Source: Vulcanimicrobiota bacterium
GTDB taxonomy: Bacteria > Vulcanimicrobiota > Vulcanimicrobiia > Eremiobacterales > Eremiobacteraceae
Direction: 5' to 3'
NCBI GenBank assembly: GCA_963805945.1
Contig: CAWDVP010000002.1
Coordinates: forward strand, 640,001-704,000
DNA: 64,000 nucleotides
Of this stretch, positions 11,345 through 20,750 are shown one piece after another (positions within the stretch are counted from its first letter, which is position 1; every line of letters starts with the position of its first letter). The position numbers were made by a program, and so were the translations under genes. The notes beneath the pieces are model-generated. The model did no database searches and was not told the origin of the DNA. It saw nothing but the letters and a program-made list of their open reading frames with translations.

Positions 11345-11998
11345 ATGGCCCTTCGCCAAGCGTTGGTCGCCGAGTTTATCGGCACGTTTTTCCTCGTGTT
11401 CGCCGGCGCCGGCGCGATCGTCGTCGACGCGATGACGCACGCCATCACGCACGTCGGCGTCGCGCTCGTCTTCGGTCTCGTCGTCGCGGCGCTCGTCTAC
11501 GCGCTCGCGCACGTCTCGGGCGCGCATTTCAATCCGGCGGTCACCATCGGCTTTTGGACCGCGGGTGAATTTCCGGGCAGACGGGTGCCTGCGTATATCG
11601 CCGCGCAGCTCGCGGGTGCGATCGCCGCAGCCGCGGCGCTGCGGGGGTTGTTCGGTACCGTGGCCTCTGTCGGCGCGACAGTCCCAAGCGGCGCCGTGAG
11701 CACCTCGTTCTGGCTCGAGCTGTTGATGACGTTCTTGCTCGTGTTCGTGATCTTCGGGTCGGCGGTCCACGGGCGTGCGATCAAGAGCTTCGCCGGCATC
11801 GCCATCGGCAGCACGATCGCGCTCGATGCGATGTTCGGCGGTCCTATCTCGGGCGCGTCGATGAACCCGGCACGTTCGCTCGGCCCCGCGCTCATGGCCG
11901 GACTGTGGCAGGACCAATGGCTCTATGTCGTCGCGCCCATCGCCGGCGCGCTGCTCGCGGTCGTCGCTTACAAGCTGATATCAGAGCGCGGCGAGTAG
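11345..11998 (+). CDS. MIP/aquaporin channel, probable arsenite channel
   Basis: SGAHFNPAVT and GASMNPARS motifs; last gene of ars cluster. Confidence 0.93.
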   Translation: MALRQALVAEFIGTFFLVFAGAGAIVVDAMTHAITHVGVALVFGLVVAALVYALAHVSGAHFNPAVTIGFWTAGEFPGRRVPAYIAAQLAGAIAAAAALRGLFGTVASVGATVPSGAVSTSFWLELLMTFLLVFVIFGSAVHGRAIKSFAGIAIGSTIALDAMFGGPISGASMNPARSLGPALMAGLWQDQWLYVVAPIAGALLAVVAYKLISERGE

Positions 11999-12937
11999 CG
12001 CTTGCGCATGTGCGGTGACGTCGCCGACAAGTAGGTAGTCCGCGATCTGGGCGATCGCCGCGTTGTCCGCGCCCACGAGGGCGACGATTGTGCCCGCGCC
12101 GCGCACCGCGGCGTTGTGTTCGGTCGAACCATCCACGCCGAACGCGATATAGAGCTCAGGCGCAACGTTCTGACCTGAAAGGGTCGCCGGGTCGATGACG
12201 ATTGCGCCGAGCGTCTTCGCGCACTCGCGGGCTGCCACGAGCGTTTCGGGCGTGTTGTCGGCGGCGACGGCGACGACGCAGTTCGCAGAACCTATCGGTG
12301 CCGCCGGCGCCGCTCCGACGATCTCGCCCGCAGCCTTCATGTCCAACGATTGCGCTGCGAACGGAGCATTGCGTCGCGGCACGAGCGTCACGATTGCCCG
12401 ACCGGGTCCGACGCGGCTTGTTGTCTTCACTATGCCGCCATAACGCAAGCGTACGGCGCGCAGACCGCCGCTGTCCTCGAGTTGCAGATCGCTGCATCCG
12501 GCGAGCAGCGTGGCGCCCGTTTTCGCGGCGAGCCGCGCCGCGATGGCAGGACCCGCGCCGTCGTGGGGCAGCGCTACAAGACCGGTGCTGTTCTTCTCGA
12601 TTTCTGTTGCAAGCGCGTCTGCCGCTGCGCCAGCATCGCTTGGATCGACACGCAGCGCCGATGTGCTCGAACCGGCGCGTTTTGCGGCACGTTCGATGAC
12701 CGAGACGATGGCGGATCGCTCGCCGAAGTCGACGATCGCGACGCCGCTCGCGGACGTGCTCGGCGCGGTGGCCGAAGCGATGGCCGCGGTCGGACACGCG
12801 CGTACGCAGGCGTCGCAATCGACGCAGTTCTCGAAGACGACCGCCTTGCCGTCGCGCACCTCGATCGCGTTGAAGGCGCACGCCTTGACGCACTCACCCG
12901 AACCGATGCACTTGCCGAGGTCGATGCTGACAGGCAT
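11981..12937 (-). CDS. etfA: Ferredoxin-fused, divergent ETF alpha-like subunit
   Basis: N-terminal CIGSGECVKAC and CVDCDACVRACP; RLAAKTGATLLAGC, RLRYGG, VAPELYIAFGVDG, IAQIADYLLVGD. Confidence 0.8.
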   Translation of the reverse strand: MPVSIDLGKCIGSGECVKACAFNAIEVRDGKAVVFENCVDCDACVRACPTAAIASATAPSTSASGVAIVDFGERSAIVSVIERAAKRAGSSTSALRVDPSDAGAAADALATEIEKNSTGLVALPHDGAGPAIAARLAAKTGATLLAGCSDLQLEDSGGLRAVRLRYGGIVKTTSRVGPGRAIVTLVPRRNAPFAAQSLDMKAAGEIVGAAPAAPIGSANCVVAVAADNTPETLVAARECAKTLGAIVIDPATLSGQNVAPELYIAFGVDGSTEHNAAVRGAGTIVALVGADNAAIAQIADYLLVGDVTAHAQALLAAL

Positions 12938-12939
12938 CG

Positions 12940-13725
12940 CTATACTAGCTGACGTTCGCGCAGCGCAGCGACGAGCGTCATCGCGCGTGCGGCCGCATCC
13001 GGGCCGTCGACGATCTCGTTGGCGCGTTTCTTGCGATTCGACTCAAGCGGACCGTCCGACGCGCCGGTCGTCGGTAATGGAGCGGTCGAATTTATTCGAC
13101 CGTCCGAAACATCGGCGAGCGATACTTCTTCGATCGGCTTCTTGGACGCGCGCATGAGCAGGATCGGCGAGATCGACCGCACGCTGATCCCGTAGGCGGC
13201 AGCCGCGATGACGATAGGAGCCGGAGCGCCGGAGCGCACGAGATCGGATCCGCGGATACAAGTCACGTCGAGTGAGTCGCCTGCCGCACCGACCTCGACC
13301 GCCTCGCACCGAAGTCCGGCGCCGAGAAACGCGGAGAGATAGCCGGCGACCGATCCGCTGCCGAGCGACGCGGTCGAGGCGCCGCAGAACACGACGTCGG
13401 CGCCGTCCTCTTGAAGCGCGGCGGCGAGCGCCGCGGCGATGCCGGCTTCGTCTGCCTGCTCGAGCAACGGATCTGTGATCGCGACGAGCCGCGCCGCGCC
13501 GAACGCGGCCGCCTCGCGCAGCGCCGAGGATGCGCCCACGCCCGCGCTATACGCGTCGAACGTCGTCTCGCGCGCCTTCGCCAAACGCGCCGCGAGCTCC
13601 ACAGCCATGCGGTCGGCCGGGTTGAGCAGCATCTCGGCGTCCTGCACGTCGAGCAGCTGACGAAAACGGTCCCACTTCACCTTGTCGGGATGTGGGACCG
13701 CCGCGACGCAGACCGCGATGCGCAC
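12940..13725 (-). CDS. etfB: Electron transfer flavoprotein beta subunit
   Basis: MRIAVCVAAVP, LNPADRMAVELA, ALREAAAFGA, DVVFCG. Confidence 0.88.
   Translation of the reverse strand: MRIAVCVAAVPHPDKVKWDRFRQLLDVQDAEMLLNPADRMAVELAARLAKARETTFDAYSAGVGASSALREAAAFGAARLVAITDPLLEQADEAGIAAALAAALQEDGADVVFCGASTASLGSGSVAGYLSAFLGAGLRCEAVEVGAAGDSLDVTCIRGSDLVRSGAPAPIVIAAAAYGISVRSISPILLMRASKKPIEEVSLADVSDGRINSTAPLPTTGASDGPLESNRKKRANEIVDGPDAAARAMTLVAALRERQLV
13079..13105. repeat. GGAG-headed REP-like palindrome inside etfB coding sequence
   Basis: GGAGCGGTCGAATTTATTCGACCGTCC, one mismatch over the first 24 nt versus 2892-2915. Confidence 0.75.
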
Positions 13726-13726
13726 G

Positions 13727-14896
13727 CTACTTGAGGAGCTCTTCCGCGATGATCATCCGCTGGATCTCGTTCGTGCCCTCGTAGATCGCGAGGATGCGCG
13801 CGTCTCGATAGCCGCGCTCGATGCCGGTCTCCTTCATGAAGCCCATGCCGCCGAAGATCTGCAGCACACGGTCGACGACATGGATCGCCATGTCTGAGCA
13901 GTAGCGCTTCACCATCGCGGCTTCCATCGAGAAGCGTTCGCCGCGATCGGCCTTCCACGCGCCGTTGTACACCATGTTGCGCGCCGCGTAGATCTCGGTG
14001 GCGATGTCGGCGAGCATGAACTGCACCGCCTGCTGCTTCGCGATCGGCTTGCCGAACTGGATGCGCTCCTTGGCGTGCGCGATGGCCTTCTCGAGCGCGA
14101 ACTGCGACGCGCCGACGCAGCCTGCGCCGAGCGACAGCCGTCCGAGGTCGAGCGTCTTCATCGCGGTGATGAAGCCCATGCCGACTTGACCGATGACGTG
14201 ATCGGCCGGCACTTTGGCGTCGGTGAAGATGAGCTCGCATGTGTGGCTGCCGTACAGCCCCATCTTGCGGTCGTTCGGTCCGCGCTTCACGCCCGGCTGG
14301 TTGAGATCGACCCAGAACGCGGTGATGCCGCCGCGCGCGCCGAGGCTCTTGTCGGTCACCGCGAACACCGTCGCGAAGTCGGCGATGTCGCCGTTCGTGA
14401 TGTAGTGCTTCACGCCGTTGAGCAGGAACGTGTCGCCGTCGCGCATGGCGCTCGTCTGGATGTTCGCGGCGTCCGAGCCCGCTGCGGGTTCGGACAGCGC
14501 GAAGCACGCGATCTTGTCGCCGGCGCTCAGGGCGGGGAAGTACTTGTCCTTGAGCTCCTTGCTGCCGTCGAGGTAGAGCGCCATCGCGCCGATGCTGCAA
14601 TGCGCGCCGATGAGGTTCGAGAAGCACGCGTTGGTGCGGCCGAGCTCCTCGAGCGCGACGCAGTAGCCGAGCTCGCCGATGCCCGCGCCGCCGTACTCCT
14701 CGGAGAACGACAGGCCGAACATGCCCATCTCTTTCATCTTCTCGATGGTCGCCTTCGGGATGTCGTCGGTGTCCTCGACCTGCTGGCTGATCGGCCACAG
14801 CTCTTTTTCCACGAACTCGCGGATCGAGCGCCGCAGCAGCTTGAGGTCCTCGGGCAGTTCGAAATTCAGACCTTCGGATTTGGTGGCGATTGCCAT
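13727..14896 (-). CDS. Acyl-CoA dehydrogenase
   Basis: CFALSEPAAGSDA, LNGVKHYITNG, RIQFGKPI, QIFGGMGF, IYEGTNEIQR. Confidence 0.96.
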   Translation of the reverse strand: MAIATKSEGLNFELPEDLKLLRRSIREFVEKELWPISQQVEDTDDIPKATIEKMKEMGMFGLSFSEEYGGAGIGELGYCVALEELGRTNACFSNLIGAHCSIGAMALYLDGSKELKDKYFPALSAGDKIACFALSEPAAGSDAANIQTSAMRDGDTFLLNGVKHYITNGDIADFATVFAVTDKSLGARGGITAFWVDLNQPGVKRGPNDRKMGLYGSHTCELIFTDAKVPADHVIGQVGMGFITAMKTLDLGRLSLGAGCVGASQFALEKAIAHAKERIQFGKPIAKQQAVQFMLADIATEIYAARNMVYNGAWKADRGERFSMEAAMVKRYCSDMAIHVVDRVLQIFGGMGFMKETGIERGYRDARILAIYEGTNEIQRMIIAEELLK

Positions 14897-14909
14897 GATG
14901 CGAACCTTT

Positions 14910-15707
14910 CTACGATCCGGTGAACTTGGGCTTGCGCTTGCCGAGGAAGGCGGCCACGCCTTCCTTGGCGTCGTTGCTCGCGAATATCGTGTGGACGCTG
15001 TCGGCTTCCGCTTTCAATCCCGCGGCGAAGCCCTGCTCGAGGCCGGTGTTGGTGGCGTCTTTGATGTGCTTCATCGCCAGCGGCGCGCCCATCGCCAGCT
15101 TGCGCGCGAGATTGCGCGCCTGCGTGAGCACTTCGTTGTCGGGCACGACTTTGTTGACCAGGCCGTAACGCATCGCGTCGTCGGCCTTGACGAGATCGCC
15201 GGTGAGCATCATCTCAAGCGCGCGACCTTTGCCGACGAGCCGCGGCAGACGCTGGCTGCCGCCCCAGCCGGGGATGATGCCGAGGTTCACTTCCGGTTGG
15301 CCGAACTTGGCCGACTCGGCGGCGATGCGGATGTCGCACGCCAGCGCGAGTTCGTTGCCGCCGCCGACGCACACGCCGTTGACCGCGGCGATGACCGGTT
15401 TGGGGAAGTGCTCGATCTTCGAGAAGAGGTCGTGTCCGCGCTGCACCGAGGCGCGCGCGCCCGCTTCGTCGAGCCCCACGAATTCGGAGATGTCGGCGCC
15501 GCCGACGAACACGTACTGACCTGCGCCGGTGATGACGATGGCGCGCGCATTGGCATCGCTTGCAAGTGCGTCGAAGGCCGCGTTGAGCTCTTCGAGGGTC
15601 GCCTTGGACAGCGCGTTGGCCGGCGGACGGTTGATGGTGATGACGGCGACGCCGCCTTGGACGTCGACGAGGATGTTGGAGTAGGTCGCGGTGGCCTCAG
15701 GCATCAC
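14910..15707 (-). CDS. Enoyl-CoA hydratase (crotonase)
   Basis: FVGGADISEF, KPVIAAVNG, GGGNELALACD, FGQPEVNLGIIPGWGGSQRL. Confidence 0.95.
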   Translation of the reverse strand: MMPEATATYSNILVDVQGGVAVITINRPPANALSKATLEELNAAFDALASDANARAIVITGAGQYVFVGGADISEFVGLDEAGARASVQRGHDLFSKIEHFPKPVIAAVNGVCVGGGNELALACDIRIAAESAKFGQPEVNLGIIPGWGGSQRLPRLVGKGRALEMMLTGDLVKADDAMRYGLVNKVVPDNEVLTQARNLARKLAMGAPLAMKHIKDATNTGLEQGFAAGLKAEADSVHTIFASNDAKEGVAAFLGKRKPKFTGS

Positions 15708-16030
15708 GAGTACTCCAAGAAGCCGCGGCCGGTCTTCTTGCCGAGCGCGCCTTTGGCGACGAGCTGTTCGAGCGTGGCGCTCGGTTTGTAGTTGTCGCCG
15801 TACTTCGCGTGCAGCGTGCGCAGCGTCTCGAGCACGGTGTCGAGCCCGACCGTGTCGGCCTGCTCGAGCGGCCCGGTCGCGAAGCCCGCGCCCGCGCGCA
15901 GCGCGAGATCGATGTCCTTGGCGCTTGCGATGTTCTCATCGAGCAGTCTGCCCGCTTCGGCGATCGCGGCGTAGGTGAAGCGCTCGACGAGCGCGGTTTC
16001 TTTGTCTTGTGTGACGGCCATGATGCTCAC
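15704..16030 (-). CDS. Standalone 3-hydroxyacyl-CoA dehydrogenase C-terminal domain protein
   Basis: EAGRLLDENIASAKDIDLAL, GPLEQADTVGLD, GALGKKTGRGF; no Rossmann domain. Confidence 0.85.
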   Translation of the reverse strand: MSIMAVTQDKETALVERFTYAAIAEAGRLLDENIASAKDIDLALRAGAGFATGPLEQADTVGLDTVLETLRTLHAKYGDNYKPSATLEQLVAKGALGKKTGRGFLEYS

Positions 16031-16890
16031 TCGCCTTTCGCGCTGGTGTGGGTGTAGAAGCCTTTGCCCGTCTTCACGCCGAGATTGCCGGCGGCGACGA
16101 GGTCGCGCAATTCCTTGGGCGCGGCGAAGCGCGGGCCGTACGCCTTCTCAAGCGTCGCCGCGACGTCGGCGGAGATGTCGAGCCCGAGCATATCGGCGAG
16201 CAGGAACGGCCCCATCGGCACGCCGCCGCGCTCGACGACGATCTTGTCGACCGTCTCGTGGTCGACGCCGAGCTCTTCGCGCGCCTTGATGATCTCGACC
16301 ATCGATGCCATGAGCACGCGGTTGACGACGAAGCCGGCGCACTCTTTGACCTTGACGGGGATCTTGCGCAGCTCTTCGGCGAACGAGACCGCGGTGTCCA
16401 TCGTGTCCTGGCTCGTCTGGGCGCCGGCGACCACTTCGATGAGCTTCATGACCGACGCCGGGTTGAAGAAGTGGAAGCCGACGACTTGACCGGGGCGCTT
16501 CGTCGCGCTTGCGAGCGCAGATATGGAAAGCGCCGAGGTGTTGCTCGCGAGGATCGCCGTGCTCTGACAGCGCTTGTCGAGCTCGGCGAAGACCGCCTGT
16601 TTGATCTCGAGCTTCTCCGGCACCGCTTCGACGACGAAGTCGACGTCGCCGAACTCGTCATAGGTGAGCGTCGGCGTGATGAGCGCCATCTTCTCGTCCA
16701 TCTCGGCCTGCGTGAGCTTGCCGGCCTTCACGCGCCGCGCGTACACGCCGCTCGCGGTCGCCATGCCGTGGTCGAGCGCCTTCTGATCGACGTCCTTGAG
16801 CAGCACCGGCAAGCCGGCCCACGAGATCACCTGCGCGATCTCGCCGCCCATCGCACCCGCGCCGACGACGGCGCACTTGAAGATATACAT
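16027..16890 (-). CDS. 3-hydroxyacyl/3-hydroxybutyryl-CoA dehydrogenase
   Basis: VVGAGAMGGEIA, VVEAVPEKLEIK, ASNTSAL, FHFFNP, GFVVNR. Confidence 0.95.
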   Translation of the reverse strand: MYIFKCAVVGAGAMGGEIAQVISWAGLPVLLKDVDQKALDHGMATASGVYARRVKAGKLTQAEMDEKMALITPTLTYDEFGDVDFVVEAVPEKLEIKQAVFAELDKRCQSTAILASNTSALSISALASATKRPGQVVGFHFFNPASVMKLIEVVAGAQTSQDTMDTAVSFAEELRKIPVKVKECAGFVVNRVLMASMVEIIKAREELGVDHETVDKIVVERGGVPMGPFLLADMLGLDISADVAATLEKAYGPRFAAPKELRDLVAAGNLGVKTGKGFYTHTSAKGE

Positions 16891-16894
16891 AGGA

Positions 16895-18104
16895 CTACGC
16901 GGCCTCCATGTTCTCGATGACGAGCGAACCGCCCTGACCGCCGCCGACGCACATCGTCACCAGACCGTAGCGTTTGCCGCTGCGGCGCATCTCGAAGACG
17001 AGCGTCGTGGTGAGGCGCGAACCGGTCGCGCCGATCGGGTGGCCTAAGGCGATCGCGCCGCCGTTGACGTTGACGATGCTGCGATCGAGCTCCATGAGCT
17101 TCTCGCAGGCGAGGTACTGCGCGGCGAACGCCTCGTTGAACTCGATGAGCTGGATGTCGTCGAGCGTGATGCCGGCGCGTTGCAGCGCTTTGGGCGTCGC
17201 CACCGTCGGTCCGAGGCCCATCGTCTTGGGGTCGCAGCCGGCGAACGCGTACGAGAGGATGCGCGCGATCGGCTTCAGGCCCAGTTCGCGCGCCTTCGCC
17301 GCGCTCGCGACGATGAGCGCCGCACCCGCGTCGTTGATCGGGCACGAGTTGCCCGGCGTCACCGTGCCGCCTTTCTTGAAGACGGTGGGATAGAGCGCGA
17401 GCTTCTGCACCGAGAGACCTGCCTGCGGCCCCTCGTCCTTGGCGACGGTCTCAGGCTCGCCGTGCTTCTTTGGCACTTGCACGTGCACGAGCTCGTCTGC
17501 GAACTTGCCGGTGCGCTGCGCGCGAAACGCTTTGTTGTGGCTCTCGACCGCGAGCTGGTCCTGCTGCTCGCGCGTGATGCCGAACTCTTCGGCGAGCACT
17601 TCGGCCGTCTGGCCCATGAGCATGCCGGTGTGATGATCGGTGAGCCCGGTCCAGATCGGGTCGAGCATCTCCGCCGGGCGCAGCCGCGCGCCCCAACGCG
17701 CCGACGGGATGATGTATGGCGCCATCGATTGGTTCTCAGTGCCGCCGACGAGATAGACGTCGCCGTCGCCTGAGGCGATGGCTTGCACCGCGTTGGCGAT
17801 CGATTGCACGCCGCTCGCGCAATTGCGCTGCACGCTGTACGCCGGGCGTGCCGATCGGGATGCCGACCTCGAGCGAGATCTGACGCGCGATGTTGGCGAA
17901 CTCGATGGGCTGGCCGCCGCTGCCGATGATGACTTCGTCGATGTGCTCGACGCCGATGCCCGCACGTTCGATCGCCGCCTTGGCGGCGGTGGTGCCGAGC
18001 TGGAGGGCGTCGTATTCACGATACGCGCCGCCGAAGTTGCCGACGGGCGTGCGCGCCGCGCTGAGGATGACCGTGTCGCGGTCGTTCAAGGATCCGTTCT
18101 TCAC
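16895..18104 (-). CDS. Acetyl-CoA acyltransferase (thiolase), apparent frameshift near 17845
   Basis: N-terminus SAARTPVGNFGG in one frame; QRNCASG, EFNEAFA, NGGAIALGHPIGATG, MCVGGGQG in another. Confidence 0.93.
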
Positions 18105-18565
18105 GATGCGAGCTCCGATGCGGCCGCGCGCGCCTTGCGGCGGCGGGTCGGTTTAGCCGGGGGTAGGTCGAGCACTTCGCTGCGCAAGCGCAGCATGGCT
18201 TCAATGAGGGCGTCTAAATGTGGACGCATGCGCACCTTGATCTGTTCGTAGCGGTCCTGGCCGGCGCGCGTGATGCGGTAGATGCGCCGGCTGCGGCGGT
18301 CCGGATGCTCCCAGGTGCCGACGACGAAGCCGCGCTCCTCGAGCCGGCGCAGCAGCGGATACATCGTGTTGGGGTTGACGGGCATGACCGAGCCGGTCAG
18401 CTGTTCGATGCGCTCCATGAGGCCGTAGCCGTGGTCGGGGTTCTTTGAAAGCAGATGCAGGATGAGCAGCGGCACGATGGTCTTGGTCTTCACCGGCCCG
18501 CGGAAGATGGCGGAGCCGAAGACGGCGTCTTGGATCGGGACGGTGCTATTACTTTTAATAATCAT
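18101..18565 (-). CDS. PadR-family transcriptional regulator
   Basis: ILHLLSKNPDHGYGLM, TMYPLLRRLEERGFV, RRIYRITRAG. Confidence 0.92.
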   Translation of the reverse strand: MIIKSNSTVPIQDAVFGSAIFRGPVKTKTIVPLLILHLLSKNPDHGYGLMERIEQLTGSVMPVNPNTMYPLLRRLEERGFVVGTWEHPDRRSRRIYRITRAGQDRYEQIKVRMRPHLDALIEAMLRLRSEVLDLPPAKPTRRRKARAAASELAS

Positions 18566-18630
18566 ACAATTGGAATGATACGAGTATAGCGGCCAGGGTC
18601 GCCCCGGTCAAGAGCGAACACCGATTCGCT

Positions 18631-20145
18631 GTGCTCGAGGAGATCCGCGACGCCCCCGTCTGGAAGCCCACGAAGCCGTGGGCCGACTGGCAGGCGGAAC
18701 GGGATGCGCGCCTCCACCGCTTCATCAATGAGCAGCTCTACCCGTACAGCCCCTTCTATAGGCGGCTGTTCGACCGCAATAAGCTCGACCCCAAGAGCAT
18801 CCGCACGATCGCCGACCTGCGACGCATCCCCTTCACCACGAAAGTCGATATCGCGCCCACCGCCGACAACCCCACGCGGCATCTCGATCTCGTGTTGCAA
18901 CCCGACGCCGAGAAGATACGCGCATTCGCACCCAAATCGAAACTGCTCGGGCTCGCGCTCACGCGTCTGCTGCACGGCGCGAAGGCGGCCGAGCAGCAGG
19001 TCCGCAACGAGTACGGCCCGCTGCAGGTGATCTTCACCACCGGGCGCACCGCATTGCCGACGCAGTTCGTGTACGCGATCGGCGACATGGATCGCTTCTA
19101 TCGGGTGGGGCGCCGGCTCATGGACGTCTTCGGCATCGAAGGCGACAACCGGTGTCTGAACATGTTCCCGTTCGCGCCGCATCTCGCGTTCTGGCAGACC
19201 TTCGCCGTCGGCATGGCGGGCGGCACGCTCACGCTCCACACGGGCGGCGGCAAGGTGATGGGAACGGCCGGCAACATCATGGCTCTCAATCGCATGCAGC
19301 CGCACGTGATCATGGGCGTGCCGGGCTATATCTATCATCTGTTGCGCCAAGCCGACAGCGAAGGGATCAAACTTTCGCAGCTGCACACCATCGCGCTCGG
19401 CGGCGAGCGCGTACCCATCCCACTGAAGGCCAGGCTCGGCGAGATCTGCGCGCACATGGGTCGCCCCGACGTGCGGGTGCACAGTGTCTACGGCTTCACC
19501 GAGTCGAGACAATGCTGGGCCGAGTGCAAGCCGCCGGACGCCGAGACGTCATATGGCTTCCACACCTATCCCGAGCTCGACGTGTTCGAGATCGTGAACC
19601 CAGAATCGGGCGAGCCGGTCGCCCCGGGCGAGCGCGGCGAGCTCGTGTACTCGACCCTGGAAGGGCGCGGCTCGTGCGTGCTGCGCTATCGCACCGGCGA
19701 TATCGCGGAGACCGGCATCGTCTACGATCCGTGTCCGGGCTGTGGCCGCGTCGTGCCGCGCATCTCGACGACGCTCTCGCGCCGCACGGATATGGGCGAG
19801 CTGCAGCTGACCAAAATCCGCGGCACCTTGGTGGATCTCAACAATTTCCTGCCCTCGATGGCGGCGATCCCCGAGGTGATCGAGTGGCAGCTCATCGTCA
19901 AGAAGCACAACGACGACCCCAACGATCTCGACGAGCTCGTGCTCTATATCGCGGTCGCGCCGCATGTGGATCACACGGCGATCAAGGAGACGGTGGCGCG
20001 CAAGCTGATGGCCGACACCGAGGTGACGCCCAACCATATCGAAGTGATCCCGCTGGCGCAGCTCGAGGAACGTCTCGGGCTGGACACGCAGATGAAAGAA
20101 TTGCGGATACGCGACTTGCGGGGTCATGCAAAGCCCGCCAAGTAA
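18631..20145 (+). CDS. Phenylacetate-CoA ligase-like (PaaK/ANL family) protein
   Basis: SPFYRRLF, DLRRIPFTTK, GGE, VYGFTE, GERGELVYSTL, LRYRTGD. Confidence 0.82.
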   Translation: MLEEIRDAPVWKPTKPWADWQAERDARLHRFINEQLYPYSPFYRRLFDRNKLDPKSIRTIADLRRIPFTTKVDIAPTADNPTRHLDLVLQPDAEKIRAFAPKSKLLGLALTRLLHGAKAAEQQVRNEYGPLQVIFTTGRTALPTQFVYAIGDMDRFYRVGRRLMDVFGIEGDNRCLNMFPFAPHLAFWQTFAVGMAGGTLTLHTGGGKVMGTAGNIMALNRMQPHVIMGVPGYIYHLLRQADSEGIKLSQLHTIALGGERVPIPLKARLGEICAHMGRPDVRVHSVYGFTESRQCWAECKPPDAETSYGFHTYPELDVFEIVNPESGEPVAPGERGELVYSTLEGRGSCVLRYRTGDIAETGIVYDPCPGCGRVVPRISTTLSRRTDMGELQLTKIRGTLVDLNNFLPSMAAIPEVIEWQLIVKKHNDDPNDLDELVLYIAVAPHVDHTAIKETVARKLMADTEVTPNHIEVIPLAQLEERLGLDTQMKELRIRDLRGHAKPAK

Positions 20146-20158
20146 GGGCAATTGAGCG

Positions 20159-20750
20159 ATGAACAAGGCGCGCTTCGAGGCGTTCTCCGATGGAGTCTTC
20201 GCGTTCGCGATCACGCTGCTCGTGCTGGGTTTCGTCCTTCCAGCGATCTGCACGCGCGCCTGACTCGAATCACGATCTGGCCGCGGCGCTGTTGGCTCTG
20301 GCCGAATCTCATCGCTTACGCGCTCAGCTTCGGCGTCATCGGCATCATGTGGCAGAACCACCATGCGCTGTTCCGCCAAGTCGAACGCATCGATCGCCGC
20401 ACGATCTTCTGGAACCTGCTCTTTGCTCGGCGGCACGGCGTTCATCCCGTTCGCGACGAGCGCGCTCGGCGACTACCCGACGATGCGCGCGTCCGCGTTC
20501 CTCTACGGCCTGACGCTTTCCACCACCGCCACGGCCTACAATCTCATGCTCGCGCACTTGGTGCGGGCGAAGGCGTTCCATTCGGTGAGCGAGCAGACCA
20601 TCAACGCGACCGTGCGCGCGTATCGCACCGGGTGGATCGTCTACATCGCCGCGACGCTGCTGGCGCTGGTGTTTCCGGTCGTCAGTTTCGCCGCGTACAT
20701 CATCATCGCGGCGTATTACCTCGTGCCGCGCGGGCTCGATTCCGACACGG
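20159..20750 (+). CDS. TMEM175-family potassium channel (frameshifted; end merges into corrupted sequence)
   Basis: MNKARFEAFSDGVFAFAITLLVL; YALSFGVIGIMWQNHHALF; FIPFATS spread over three frames. Confidence 0.85.
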
